Shown here: piece after piece, positions 13,201 through 28,200 of the stretch
Numbering within the stretch: position 1 is the stretch's first letter
Layout of the letters: each line of letters starts with the position of its first letter
Assembly: GCF_037042905.1 (NCBI RefSeq)
Contig: NC_087248.1
Span: 6,634,001-6,698,000 of the forward strand
Direction: 5' to 3'
DNA: 64,000 nt
From: Lytechinus pictus
Taxonomy: Eukaryota
Made by a program: the position numbers and the translations under genes
The notes under the pieces: generated by a model
Told to the model about the DNA's origin: nothing
What the model saw: only the letters and a program-made list of their open reading frames with translations
Databases searched by the model: none

Positions 13201-16200
13201 CTCTCTATGACAGATGTCTATGAGATGACCTACATATCTTTCATTTCAGATCTGTTTTAAAAGTTGCTATTGTCGCACGTTCTACTTGATCAACTCAATT
13301 CCATGTAGGCCCGACTGATCTTGTGGCCCAGAATGGCTGTATTACCATATGAAATAAAGATGGATTACTTCATTATTATCTTGTGAACAAATGATCCTGA
13401 AATGCTTTGACAGCGTTAGTGAACAGCTTTAATAATAAGCATGACTTAATCCGATTATGCTCATAATTATAGGCCTGTTCTTAAGAAAACATTTCAGAAT
13501 TGAAATGTGAATACTACGATGAATGGATTTAATTTTGCTATTATAATCTTCTTTTTTGTGTTGAAGATTCCTGATATATCTTTATCAGGTTTTTGAAAAT
13601 AATAGGTCTAAAGGTTGTTCAATTGGAACATGCAGGTTTTCATAAGCATTGCTCGTCCCTTTCAATGTAAGCACTACCACTTTGAATAACGATGGTAAGA
13701 TCATCAATTGGCATGGCAACCAATACTGGCATGTATCCAGTTATGAATTAATTTGATCTTTCACTGATTTGTTTGGAATGCTGTTGTGATGTGTGTCACT
13801 GCTGTCACCTCTTGCTATCATCGTGACAGTGCAGAATGTTGCCAGGAACTGTCAATACAACGATGGTAGAAAATAACTTCTTTCTCCCGTTTTCTTTACC
13901 TGCTGCTTTTGAAATCGGCCTGACTGTGTGTATGGGCAGAATAAAACCCATGATTGATGGAGCGGAATAGTGATGTCATGAATACTATAGAAGAATACAA
14001 AACAAAATAGGGAAGAGAGGGAGAGAGAGAGAAACAAGAGATAAATGAAGGGTAATCGGGCGAGAAGAACGGTGTGCGTTATTGTCGGAACTGTACAGAA
14101 AAAAACCCTGTAAATGTGATTTTTATATTTTACCAAGTCAGTGTAAAAAGGAAAAATCTGTCATTGCAGTTTGGTGGATTCATGCATTTAGGTTTGCAGT
14201 GTATTTATAAGCAGGAAATGTGTTTTGTCACTGTGCACCTGCAGGTCTTCTGAAAACTCACCAAAAGACTCCTTTATTTATAAACAAATTAAAGAATAAT
14301 TTTGGACTGCACCATAAGAAATTTACGTCATTAGACTCTTGTGACTGTTGATGGGGAAGTTTGGAATACCAGTTCTGTGTTTACCTACAGAATATGCATA
14401 TTTAGAGGTTCTTGTGGAGAGTCATACTTGAAAACAAGGATAAACAGCTACAACTGGAGTGCTTATGCATCATTATTAATTCCACTCCATATTTTGTGAA
14501 AATATTATGTGATCAGAGCTTGAGTGGAAGATGGTCGAAGGGATCTGAGTTTATGGTACCTAACAATAGCAATGTCTTGTGCGACACCGATCGCCGTCAT
14601 ATAAAGTTACAAGTCTCAAGTGCAAGTGGCTAATGAGTGTATCATTGCAGCTTATTTTCAAAGCCATGTGACCAATGGGATTGTGTATCATGCGATCCTC
14701 ATCACATCTCACCACAGAGGGTGCCCTTGTAATTAAAATGAATTGATTATTGTCTGTGCTTGCTGGACATAGATTGTTCACCATGTCCAAGGATTATATC
14801 AAGAGACATCGAAGGTGAATACATGTACTTCCGACATGTTATTTAGTTATCTAAACAAAAAATATTATATATATGGCCCCTGTTTGAAGTTGCTTTCATT
14901 TGGTGAAACCCATTTCAAAAACAGTAAAACTTGTGCATATAGGCCCTGTTTTTTATTCCAATGTGTAGGCCCAAGTGACTAACCTTTTTCAAGTTTATTC
15001 AGGTATCAGTTGGATACTTCCTGTTATGGTTGTTTGAAATCATAAAAGAAATCTGAAATTTGAACTTCTTTTCCAAGTCATGAAATATTTATGCTGCTAA
15101 GGTGTTGGAGAAATCGCTCAAATTGATAGGGAGTCCATAAAAATATTTCCAGGCATGCTGGGTTATCGGTGTGGTGCCCGTCAGACATGCTGCTATGCAT
15201 GATGGGATAGCACTTGGCACCTGCCGTGATACAAGTTGTTGAGAGCACACAAAAAATATCACATTTCAAAGAGGAAGTGATGGTGGTAAATTTTGTCAAC
15301 ATTGCAATGTACATGTAAATGTAGGACACCTTTATTCAGTTTATTGTCAACTAAATTTATATCAAATGATAAAGGACCAGCAAAGATGTTTTTCATAACC
15401 ATTGGGCCTGCCATATGTGTTCTTTTGGTCAATGTAGCATCCATATTATGTTTTGTTGGTTGATTTTGACTTATGATAAATGGGAAATTGCAACCCATAC
15501 CACATTTTACTTATGCTTGAACTCTGAAAGTTAAAAAAAAGGTCCTCAAGTTGACTATTTATTTTCAAAGCTGTAAAGTATAGGCCTACTCTTTCCCTTT
15601 CATTTTTTTTACCACCACTTTTTGTGTTATGGCCGGTTTGGTCTTATCCCTCATCAAATGGGTAGTGTGTGAAAGATGGTTGCTCCCCGCCAGCATACCA
15701 ATCACTGACCTTTTGACCTGCTAAAGTCACACAGATACTGCTCCTCATTGGAGCGATTCATCCTCTTTTCAGCTCCAAATCCAAGCTTTTTAGTAGAAGG
15801 GCTGGTTGCCACATTGCATGTATTAGACTTAGACTGTTCATGTGATCGCAAGGAAAGATTTGTAGTTTCTAAGAAGAACAGAATTTCAATTGCAAATGTC
15901 TTTTTTTTTTTACATTGAATGAAGTACTTTTGAGTCTTCTGAAATGGAATGGACAGAGAAAAGTGGACAAGATGTGAAGAATAAGAATGAGACTTTGAGA
16001 GAGAAGAGAGAGAGAGATATAGAGAGAGGGAGGAGGAGGAAGAAAACATGACTAGACAAAGAGAGAAAGTCAAGTAGAATGAAAGAGAAAGACATGCAAT
16101 GTTCACACATTCTTGTGGTGTCTGAAGCATTATACCTAACATTCAACCGTAAAAGGTAAAAATCGGTCATACTTGACAGTTTGCGGCCTTCAGCCATTCT

Positions 16201-19200
16201 TTGCAAAAAAGGTTAACAGGGGTCAGCCAGAAATACCCTGTCTGATTCCTAAAACAAAATACATCTTCCATTCTTTTAGACAAGTCCCACTGTGAAGTGG
16301 CTCGGACAATATTTGTCTTCATCTTCCATGTGATACTTGTCAGTAACCGCCATCACCTCAAAGACCTACCCCACTTTCTTCTTCTTCCAAGTTTTTTCTT
16401 GGTTAATACCCCTAATCGTATTTTTGATTCAACAGAACTTTTCTTGGAAAATTGGAGTGCAATGGGGTGTTTGCCTGAAAACAATGGATGATTAGACATT
16501 TCAACGAGTTACTAAGAAGTAATAACATAGTTTGAGATGTTACTCATGCTCAAAGGAGATATGCATCAGGCCTCTTGAGTTATTCATTTCCCAAATGATT
16601 CATCCAAAATATGTTGCAATAGATTTACAAACCATGCAATCTGAATTCATTTCAAATCATGTCAGTGTTCTTTTTTTTCTTACACTCTTGTTAGACTATC
16701 AAATTCTCTACTATGATATTTTTCTCACTATCACCCCCCCCCCAAAAAAAAAAATTATAATAATAATCTCTATTTTAAAATTATGTTGCAAGTTTTTTAC
16801 ATGTCAAGTTTCTTTCTCTTTTTATTTCTTCCCTTTATCCAAGGAGTTATTCAAAATACTTCCCCATAGCACCCTAGTTATGGCCTATATTTTTTCTTGG
16901 GGGGAGGGGGTGGATGTCTTATTTCTGGAACCTCATTCTCCCACCAGTACACTACCCATCCCAGTATTCTTGTCTTCCTGTACAAATAGAGCCAAGACAA
17001 CAACCTTGCCTGTAGCCCAAGCCTTCCTCCCTCATCACCAGCTCCCCTCCGGCTACCACTTGGCATGTTTACCCATGTCACTCAACCCGTATCCAAACCA
17101 AACTTCATAGCTGGCCCAGATAGGGTTAAACACTCGCACCCCTCGGCTACCAAGCCCTCCATCTCACACCCCTTCGGTCACCGGTATGGTGGTCCCCTTC
17201 AACCTTCTTTTACATCTCCTTACAGAACTTAGAAATCAATATCTTTGCCTCCTATACTGTACAGACTACAGGTCTCTGTAATTATGTAACGTAATAACGT
17301 GATGTCCTGATGGTCTGGCCCAGTATTGTGAAAACATAAATTCTGTAGGCCTACATGATATGATGATGATTAAAAAAAGATTGCTTTGTGTGAAATGTTA
17401 AATACATGATATTTAAGATATAATGGGCAATAATTGAAGGAAGAATTTTTGCCCATTCTTAATATATAGTGTGTAGTTGTAAAATGCTGTTTCCATATTA
17501 AACAAAACTGTTTTTCATTACTTTATTCACTATATCTTGATGTCACAATTTCTCTCTTTTTTTCCCTCATCTACAGCAATAACAACAACAGCCCTGAAGG
17601 CATGCTAGAACTTGGCTCCCTGTCCGCTAGTCTCAACCTCCCCAGTGTTGGGTCCAGGGATATCCCGTCTCCTACATCGGAAGCACCGCCCTGTAAGAGG
17701 CTATACATCATGGAAGGACCCGTTCATATCTCCGTTGGACCACAGATCCAGAACAGATACCTGGTGCTCATGAATGATACGCTGCTTATCGCTAAACCAA
17801 AGTAAGCATTGTCTCTTTTAGAAATTCTTGACAATTTCCAAAGACTGTTATTATTAAAAGGACCGAGGTAGCAAATAGGGTCAATGGGAAATGAAAAAAA
17901 ATTGAGAATTCAAAAGAAAAAGGTGACTCTGTGTTCTCTCAGGGAACAGCAGTGTAGCCTATAGCAGAATCTCTAGTGGATACTGTAGATCTGTAGGCCT
18001 ATCTTCTGTTAGCTGACCAGTCAAGAAAGGCAAGATTTTTTCTTTTAAATGTCATTTAAAATTATGCAACTATTATACACTGATTAGCCTGCCATAACTG
18101 TGTTAGGGAATGATGATTTTCTTATTATTTTCCATTCTGTTGACATTAATAAAGTCTTCAATCCATGTTCATCATGATTCATGTCCTTCCCTTTTCCCTT
18201 TCTCAGGTCGGCTACTTCGTTGAGACTGAAACACAGGTTAAGAGTTGGGGAACTCTGGCTCAACACCTGCATCGACGAGGTCAGTGAGGTCATCAAATCA
18301 CATGACTGTTCTTTCGTCTTGGGTTGGCCGACAAACAACGTGGTGCTCACGTTTGCATCCAATCAGGAGAGGGAGCTCTGGTGGCAGAAACTTAGCACGT
18401 AAGAAATCCTCTTTTTTTTCTTTTCTTGAACATGACTCACTTCATGTTGGACAGTGCTACAAACATGTACGATCTGACGATTGGGTGTAAGAATTTCAGT
18501 GTTGGTTAGGTCATGGGAATCTGGTATGAATATAAAACTGAGAGTTTAATTATCTTTAGGGTTTGAAGTTCAAAGTGATGCTAGGATTTTTTTTCAATGT
18601 TAGTTCCAGTGTTTCATTCAGGTTTTGGAATTGGAGTAGGTATTGGGGTTGGGTTGGGGTAAAGTTCATAATTGTTGTAGGATAGGATAGCAACTGTAGA
18701 CCAATATTCAGTAGATCTCCCTTGCAATTTCTTTCAGAGCAACATTGTTTGATATCTTGATTTCTATTTTAGATTGATGTACAATGCTCTAGTTTATTCT
18801 TTCATGAGGAGACATAAGGGTAATGCTGGTTGTGTAAAGTAAGATCTTCGTCCCCCCCCCCCCCCCAAGAGTTTTCTGGTGCCATTCTAGAGTGGTACTC
18901 AATGCCTTTGAGTGTTATAGTCAACAAATGAATAGTATAGAATACACATCATCAAGGACACACCGGTTCCTCTTAAAAAAATGTCTCCCTATCGGAGCTT
19001 CTCAATGCTTTCATGTCTGTCTGTAATTGATGTCTTTCAGTAATCTTCAAGGGTACTATTCAAATTGGAATCAATTCGATTCATTGACATGGGTTCATCG
19101 AAGAGACCCATGTTCCTATATTTCAAGGGAATGCCAGATGGAGGGATAATAAATACTTCTTTGACTTATGTTTATTTGATTAAAAAGTGAGGTGGATTTG

Positions 19201-22200
19201 TTTAGGACGGGTTATCGGGAGGTCTGTTTGAGTTAAACATACAGAGAGACAGTCGGACTCACAATTGGATTGAAAACCAAATGTCATTATGTGACTTCCG
19301 ATCCAGCTCTCGTTTACACGGCGGCGGCATTGACGTTATTCATAAAATCAAATAAGAGAAAACGTTCTATTGGTTGATTGGATCTGTTCACACCGGATCT
19401 TGTTACAAACCACCCCACACACACGCAACAAATTACATCAGTATGGTGGGCCATGTTCAGATAAACGTTACTTGAATCGTCTCCAGAGTTTCAATGGGAT
19501 AATTCTGTAGCCCTGGCCTTACTTAAAGGGGTGTTTCTCCTTGCCATTGAAAACTTTCACATGTAGAAGTGTATGAGGATCATTCCTGTCTAAATCCTTA
19601 TTTGGAAATGTTCCCACTCTATCTGGAGTATCCATTATTTCCTGCAGACTTAAAAGCCCTATTGAAAGCATTTAAGCATTCTGAAATCATCATTCTTTTT
19701 GTTGGCAATTCTTCTAATTAAACTACAGCTTTTCTGTGCTTTTTCTTTTTCCCTTTGATACATTAAAGTTACAATTGTTTTTCATCTAAATGGATTTTTC
19801 TTTCTCTGTTGATATTCAACACCATCCGTACAATGCTTTTGGTTATAATAAAGAATCTTGTAAAATAATTAGTAAAAACATGTAACACATTAGATAATAT
19901 GACAATCTCCAAGGATGTTCTAAACCTTCTGGGAAGAGCACAACTTCATGTGGAAGTTCACAAACTCATACCTCACAAAATATCTACCAGTGTCTCTACA
20001 AATTTAAAAGAAACATACCAACTTTGGCGGAAAAGGGAGGGGGATATCAAGGAAGTTTTGAGATTTGTTTTTGGCTTTGTTCTTGTTAGAGTTCCCTCTA
20101 AGTTTCATCTCCCGAGACTTTAAACTTGACAGATATGAACTAACCTTCACCCCACACATCAAACACTCGCTCTCCCTAGACTAGGGTTGTATTAGCAACC
20201 AATTTGGACTTGTGATTTAAGATGGATACCAAGAGCCCCAGAATTATAATGGGTACCATATTTTATCTGCCACTTGTTAGAATATGTAGCAAATAATGGA
20301 ATTTAGTGCATTTTCTCTCTCTATCTCTGTTATAAAATGCACTTATACTTAATTCATATATAGCAAAACTGATAGGGACTGTTTTCAAGGTTGAGATATA
20401 TGTAAATATGAGAAGAAACAACTTTATGTTGTATCAGAGCAGTTAACCCTGATTTCATAGTACCTTAAAAAAGTTATCCGTCATTTTCTTTAAATTTTGT
20501 TTTTCTCGTGGACTCGATGGTCAAGTTTGATAGCCTATTGTTTCTATGTTTTCATTTATAAGTCAAGTGAAAGAATTTCAGTAGACTGTAAATAATAAAA
20601 TTGCTGTATTGTTATTTATTTTCATTCATGATTGTAGGCACATTGAAGTGAAGCGGAAGGAAGATGAAGGAAAGTCTGTTCAAGTCAGGGTACTCAACAG
20701 AGATCAGGAGTACTCCGCATTTCCGGTAAGAATTAACTAGGATTGGCAACAAATCTACCAGACTTATTGACCAATTCATGAGAGGGATTGGAGGAAGAAT
20801 GAAATTGTATACTTTTTATTCCTCTTATGAAAAAAATGATTGATAACAATTATGTATTGGATGAATAAAAAAAATAGATGATACACAATTAAATTTGATA
20901 TTTTTTAAATGAATGAATGAAAGGATAAAGGATGAGGGAGAAATGAACAAATCACAAATAAACAAAGGAATCATAAATAATTAACTTGAGTTAAATTAGT
21001 ATTGAATAATAATAAATATGGAATTAAATTACAATCAAATTGATATGTACTTAAGTAGTTTAGATAATTCATTAATACAGAAATAAAGGAAGTGAGTTAT
21101 TAAAATACTACTTAAAATAATTAATAAATAAACAGAATACTTTGATATTATAGTGTTTGAGAGTTTTAAATCAAATACAAATTGAACAGGAACCAACAAC
21201 AGGAAAAAATGTCACCAATGCGTATTATGCAACATAGAAGCAACCATGATAGGTATGAAGAATTGATCATGCCTGAGTGATACGCAGGAAATATTAATTT
21301 AGTAGTACGTAAACCTTCTCTGAAATCACCCTCAAAATATTCAAAGAATCAATACTCCTCACCTGCCAGACCACTTCCCTATTGGATTACGTCAGCGAAC
21401 CTCCCCCACTGATCTGAAGTCTCGTAGTAGTGAGATCTACTACGTCTTAGACAGTGACTAATAAATGTGCTAAGAGTCACCATCATCACATGAATTGCCC
21501 ACTGAGTATCATGTACTTCTTTGTTGCCCTTGCAAAAGATATTACTGTGGGGTTTTTTTCATGTTGAGCTGTAAGAGTTCATTTCATATACTTAAATCAT
21601 TTTTTTGTAATTTCTAGGGCATAATAGGATAACACATTCATGAATTGAAATCCTAAATTCATACATGATTATACTCAGGCAAAACAATATAACCGACATA
21701 GCTCAGTGTCTTGTCTCCTGCGGGAGGAACTTATAGACCAAACTATGAGTTTCAGCCCCTGATGATGTCATCTTTGATGATTATCTGGGCTTCCGCTTTG
21801 GCGTTGAGGGAAAGCTGTGTATCGTTGGATAGAAGTTTAATTGGCTGTCATTCTAATACAAGCCGTATTTGGTCAACACAGACTTGAAGTTCTGTCGCTG
21901 TGTGCTGGCACATGTTCACAGCAAAATCAAAGTAGTGGCATATTCGAAAGAAGTTCTTACAGGAAAAATAGATATATAATTGATTTTGTCTGGATTGTTC
22001 TTCATATCATTCAAAATGGGCAAGTTTTTTCTTACATGTTACTAGTATTGTTTTCTGACCTCTTTGGAACCTTTTCCGTCATTTAAAATTTTATTTTCTT
22101 TTCTACAAAAATTTAGTTCAACCTGATCAGTGCCCCTTGACATAGAAGAATTGATATCAATCATATGTCTATGGCAAGTCAATGATGAGTTGCAAGTAAT

Positions 22201-25200
22201 TGTATGTAATGGTATTTCATTACAGATCACTTATCAGGGTGTTGTTTTAGCTATTAGTTGTACTGGATCCTATCTGTATTTGATGTATCTTTCTTTTCTT
22301 CTCCAGTCCAAAACCTTACAGATCGGCAACCACCAACATTCAAGTGACCTGCTGGATATGGCCATGCAGGAGTTTGGTATGCCAGAAGATGCTAGAAATG
22401 ATTTCCAACTCTGGGTGCAGTCAGGCAGGGAAGATTCTCTCTATCCACTCATAGGTAAGATCACTCCACGTTTCATTTCTTTCCCTCTCCAATCATCCAT
22501 TCTGCTTAACATCCTAATGCGGTATCTCAATTACAGTAGATGGCATTTTCTAAAGCTTCATATGAATTCCCCCTTCCCTTTAGTGAGGATATCTCTATTG
22601 TCTGTAATTTTCATTTTTACAAGATCCATTTATATTCAGATCACATCACATATCTCATGCTTGATATGAAAATATTTAATCGCTGAGTAATTTACATAAA
22701 GATAAATGAGGTTTTGAGGTACAGAATCAACAATTTTTCTAAAGCTATAGAATCGAGAAGTAAAATATTTCGTGTTATAGAATTCTAACAAATGGTTGTG
22801 AAGTTTGTATGCTTCTAATCGATATAGATCTTATATTTTTGGTGAAAATTTACAAAGTTGAATTTGCATTTTAATTTTTCAGGTCACGAGTATCCTTATG
22901 CAATCAAGATGAGTCACATTCGAGATGCCCAAGACAAACCAAGTGATGTGGTCTTCAGTTCCGAGATGGACCACCTATCGTCTGCTGAGAACGAACTCAG
23001 AGAACATCAATGTCAGTTTATCATCAGGAGGAAAGGAAAGACTGGTACAGGAGGAATCGGTAGGTGTCTTAGAGCAAAGAGTGGTTTCTCAGAGAGATGG
23101 GTGTAATTTAGCATTGCACTTAAATTCATAGTTACAATTGATGTGTCTGACATCATCAGAGTTTATGGATAGAGGCCATGTGTTACAGTGAAGTCATCAA
23201 TAATTCACTCATTAGTGTTTTGTGAAACAACATCCAGAATCCTGGTTCCTGTTCTTGATATAGGGTTGTAAATGACTATGATGGGCGCCAAAACCATTTC
23301 ATTTGATGGCCTTATTAGAGAACTTTCTCCTGAAATTAATTTCCTGTAGATCAGAAGTTTTTTAATATGAAGTTCAATGGAATTCAAAGTAGCCAGGCGT
23401 TGCATTTTTCTGTTGAAGAAACATATTATTGATCAAGTCTTAAATTCTTGACATGATTTTACCAGTTCAAACATTTCTTTTTCTTTGTCTAGATTCCTCA
23501 GCTATCCAGAGAAGACTGAAGAAAGGGCGTAAGTCTCCTTTCAAGCTTTCCTTCAAGAGGAGTATCTCAAACAAAGATGGATCCTCACCAGGATCATCTC
23601 CACTATCACCCCATGCAAGGTAAGATCACATCTCCACTTCTCACCCCCCTCGCTTCAATTTCTTCTCCCTCTCTTTCTTCCTCACTTCCCTCGTTCCTTC
23701 TTTCTCTTTACCTTACCCTTTCCCTATTTCTCTCTCTTGCTTTCCTTCTCTCTTCCCTTCCATCCTTTCTCATTCCTTACCTGTTTATCTATTCCCCTCT
23801 TTCTTCCTCCATCACAACCACTATCCCCTCTCTCCTACTCCCCCCTCATTTACTCTTTCTCCACCTCCTCCTTTACCTCTTTTCCTTCATTCTCTCCTCC
23901 AATATCTCTAAATTCACATGCTTTGATGTGTTAGCGTTTTTAACATGCTACATGATTCATGATTATCAATGACTGAAGTATGCTAGGAAGTAATATAATT
24001 CTCTTCCAATCTCTCCCCCATTCCTCTCCACCCAGGTTATTTGGTCTTCCATTGAGCATGGTATGTCCAGAGAACACCTTGCCCAAGCCCATCCAAGACC
24101 TCCTGACCACCCTCTACCACCAGGCTCCATTCGTGACGGGGATCTTCAGAAAGTCCGCCAACGCCAGGGTGTCCCGTGAGCTGCGGGAGGCCCTCGATGC
24201 CGGGGAGCAGTGCAGTCTGGATGATGTGTCCGTCCACGTTGCTGCATCTGTCCTCAAGGTATGCTTTTACTTGTCACAATGCCACAGATATGTCAGGGCT
24301 GATGATTCAGAAATTTAGAACATTTCAGCAATGGTTCTTTCCATCAACATTTATGGCATTTGACCAATTACATAGAAATTATTATACTAACTATACCATG
24401 ATGATAAATACCCGAAACAGCCAATCAAAATCAAGGTTTCCATGGTATTTATCACTTTGCCAACAAACTTAGAAAAGGGACCAAGATTGTATATTGCATT
24501 ATGTGTTGTAACTGCCTCTACACATGTGTACATAAAATAGCAATTACATCTATTTGTAAGAGACAGCTGATTTTCTGACATGTTGGTGCCTCTAGTCATA
24601 GGCTCGTATTTGTCCATCAGATTTACCAACTTCCTATGGACATTTCCTATGAGTCTTCATGATTTCCTTCCCAAGGTATCAGCTGGTTAGGTTGGCCCTA
24701 CTATTGATTAGGGAGGGGAGCACAATTTGTTCATAATTTGATTTGAGTAGGAAAAGAGAATGACAGATTTTAGTGAGCGGTCATGAAAGGTCACATGAAC
24801 ATTTTGAATAAGTCACTTTGACTTGGATTGCTGTAGTAGTTCAGACCGCAGCATTAGCACGTGATTAAGAAAAATACTTAGCTGTTTTCTTTATAATTAT
24901 CATCAACATTAACATGAACTGCACGGCCTTATGAATCAAGAACAAATATTTGTTAAATTTCTTTGCTTATGATTTGAGTATATATCTTAAATGTATTTCA
25001 GCAAACAAATTGTAATAGTTTAATTCATCTTTCGATTTTACTGTCTCTCTTTTTAACAGGACTTCCTACGTAGTCTTCCAGACAGTCTACTGGTGTGTAG
25101 TCAGTGTGAGGAATGGATCAGTACCATAGACATTGCTGACAAGGAAGAGAAGCTTCAAGCCATCAAAAGGTGAGTCGAAACCCCCATGATCTATATTGGA

Positions 25201-28200
25201 TTCAACCTGGTGAATTGTGTTGTACCAGCAGAGGATCATACCATTTTGAATTCCAGGGGTGTGATTCAATGAAGCTGCCATAATCACACCAATGGCGTGT
25301 TCAGGCACAATATTCAGAGCCAGAATGAATGATTTAAAATGCATATGGCTGCTTTCTTGTTTGTTCTAAATGCATTCATACATGATGTAGACTCAGTGAG
25401 GATATGTTTTCTTGGGGAATAGCATATAATGTAAGCCATGCCTAAGGTGTTATAATGGTCATATCATATTGTGATGCTAATGTATCGCTCATCTTTATTG
25501 CAGCTTGCTGGGTCAACTGTTGGATATCAACCAGGTGTTGCTTCGACACCTGTTCAACGTTTTGTACTACGTTTCCCTCCATATGGATGAGAACAACATG
25601 AACAGCTACAACCTGTCAATCTGTGTTGCACCAAGCATGCTCTGGCCTCCAGCCAATGCTGGCCCTGTAACTCAGGTGTGTATGCAATCCTCTTCAGCTT
25701 GACATATATCTATGTTATCCTCAATTGATTTCTTTTGTTGCAATTGCTGCAGAATGTAGGTATAACAAAAATTTTAATATTTGTGGACATGAGCTTTTAC
25801 TCTCCATCCATGACAAAAATCTTCATAAATGCCCTTGTTTAATGGTATCACCACAGCTTTTTGAACTCCCTCTGTCTTATTTTTTCATATCAAAGATGAA
25901 AATTTGTTCAATGCAACGCTTGATAGGAAAGACTGTTTTTCTCATGTTTAATAGAAAACTGGTAATTCCTTTAGAATATGCAGTGAAGTGGTTGCATATT
26001 TCATTTTATAATATCCATGTCAATTTCAAAGTCATATTTTACCACTGAGATGTGAATGACTTGATGTGGTTTGATTATTAAATCATTCATCATTTATTTC
26101 CTTTTTTTACAGGCTATGGCCACTAAGAAGATCCCAGCAGTGGTGGAGTTCATCATTGACAATGTCAAGGAAGTGTTTGGTGATGATGTCTTGACACTCT
26201 TTGGAGAACCACCCGTCCAGGCAACAGAGCGAAGGAGACATGACTCTAGTGGTGACTCTGATAGTATGAATGAGGTGTCGCCGTTCATCAAGCGTGATGA
26301 CTCTTCTCTGGACAGTATTGAGAAAGAGTTCTTTGCTAATGACAATGAACAAGAGCCCATTGGGGCCATCCACAAGTGGAACTATGGAACCACTCCAGTG
26401 CTATCACCATCAACTCTGAGCCGGGATTCTGGCATTACATCCAGCGATAATCAGTTATACCCTGACTCTGATAATACAGATACGACAGACTCTGGCATGG
26501 ATTCCAAAGAAAAATTGAGTGTGGTGCCCAATGCAAGCGGGAGACCGGCTAAGATTTCCGCACAATTTAGCGATGATTTGTTCTGGAGGCAGAGGAGGGG
26601 TTCTGAGCCTGCCCCCATCTCTAAGGAAGCAGCAAGGCATCGCATGGCTTTGCTTGCAAGCTCGGCAAACAATACTGCAGACAATAGTCCAGAAATCTCT
26701 GATCAGGAATCATATAACCTTAGTGAGGACACACTGAAATTGATCAAGGATCTGAACAGGGATTGTTCATCAAATTTGTTGAATGCGATGTTACCCGAGG
26801 ATATGCGATCCAACTCGAGAAAATCCAGTGCGAATGGCTCTGGTCTGCAAATAAATGAGAAAGGACTCGTTCCAAGTAATACCCAAAGTGTGAATTCTAT
26901 GCCTACAACTCCTACAGAAGAAGATCCAATGCATTCTATTTCATATGGACGTAGACAATCTGTTCCTTCCATTGGATCAGGATCCCCAACATTCCCCCGT
27001 CGACTAACATCCAGTCGGCGCAGTGCTTCTTCAATGTCGTCTTCATCATCAGAGAGAATGAGCGATGCACAATCATCTAGTTCCTCTGAGAGACTGCATT
27101 CGTCTAAGCTAGGTATGAAACCCCAAAGGACTGAGATAGACATGACTAAGACTCTGCAAGCTGCCAGCTCTAACACCGGCCGCTTGTCACCTCATGGTGG
27201 GCCAAACATGGGACAGCATGGCTTTCAGCCAACCTACAAAAAACTGTTTATGAACTCTGATACGCGAGGCCTGCCTTCTCGGCCAAATGCTTTGCCAGTG
27301 CGACCAAGACACCATCCTAGACCATCACAAACCAAAGAAGCCACTCCTCCAAGGGAATTCTTCCCGAAGGATGCTACAACTCGCTCAACGACCCTGTCGC
27401 AGAGTCCGCGTAGTCTTCCCACTCACCAAGAGCAGACAGAGAAACGGACGCCTCCCATGAAACGCAACAGCAGTCCTTCCATTGCAATTGGTCAGCACAC
27501 TAAGCAACGTGTCAGCAAGACCCAATCAGACTCGTCTCAATCCAGAACAACTCCACCTACTTATCAAGAAGCCATGAATAGACGAGCATTCCTCCAAAGA
27601 AGTACAAAGAGTCTGGACACTGAAGTGTTGACTGTGGCCTCTGACCAGAGTCCCAGAAGGAGATCAACCGAAGCCAATGTTGCCAAGCACCGGCATGAAG
27701 AAAGGCCAGGCAAACCGAAACGTCATCTCACAGCTGGAGGTATCATTTTTCTGGACTCTGATACCGATTCCAGTGATGACAATGGTGATTATAGGAATGG
27801 ATATGGATCTGGAAAAGGTCGTGGAGTGAGACGTACATCAAGTGATAGCGTTGCTACTAATCGCAAAGGGTCTTCTACATCTGTCCAGCGTAGCAGTAGC
27901 GATACTGCCAAGCCTGCAGGAAATGAGGTACGGACGAAACAACAGCAACGCAATGCTGAGAACACACGCAGGTCAAGCCAACCTGTGCCTCCTAGGAGAC
28001 GGCATCATAATGGTGAAGTCCCTCGTAGAACATCTGCTGGTAACCATCCCGGCAGGAGACAACCAGAACCTACCAACTCATCAAAATCTTCTGACCCTGT
28101 GTCAGGACGCAGCACTGCCTTGCATTTCCCTTTCCCTGACCCTCGCGCTGAACCACCCTCCTCCCCTCTAGCCTCCCCTCGCTCCAAAGCAAACATGGAT

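Noticed and set aside
23577-23972. Hydrophobic Leu/Ser/Phe-rich ORFs (also 15702-16206, 16532-17110, 32592-33068)
   Set aside because: Translations of CT/GA-rich or other low-complexity intronic and intergenic tracts.
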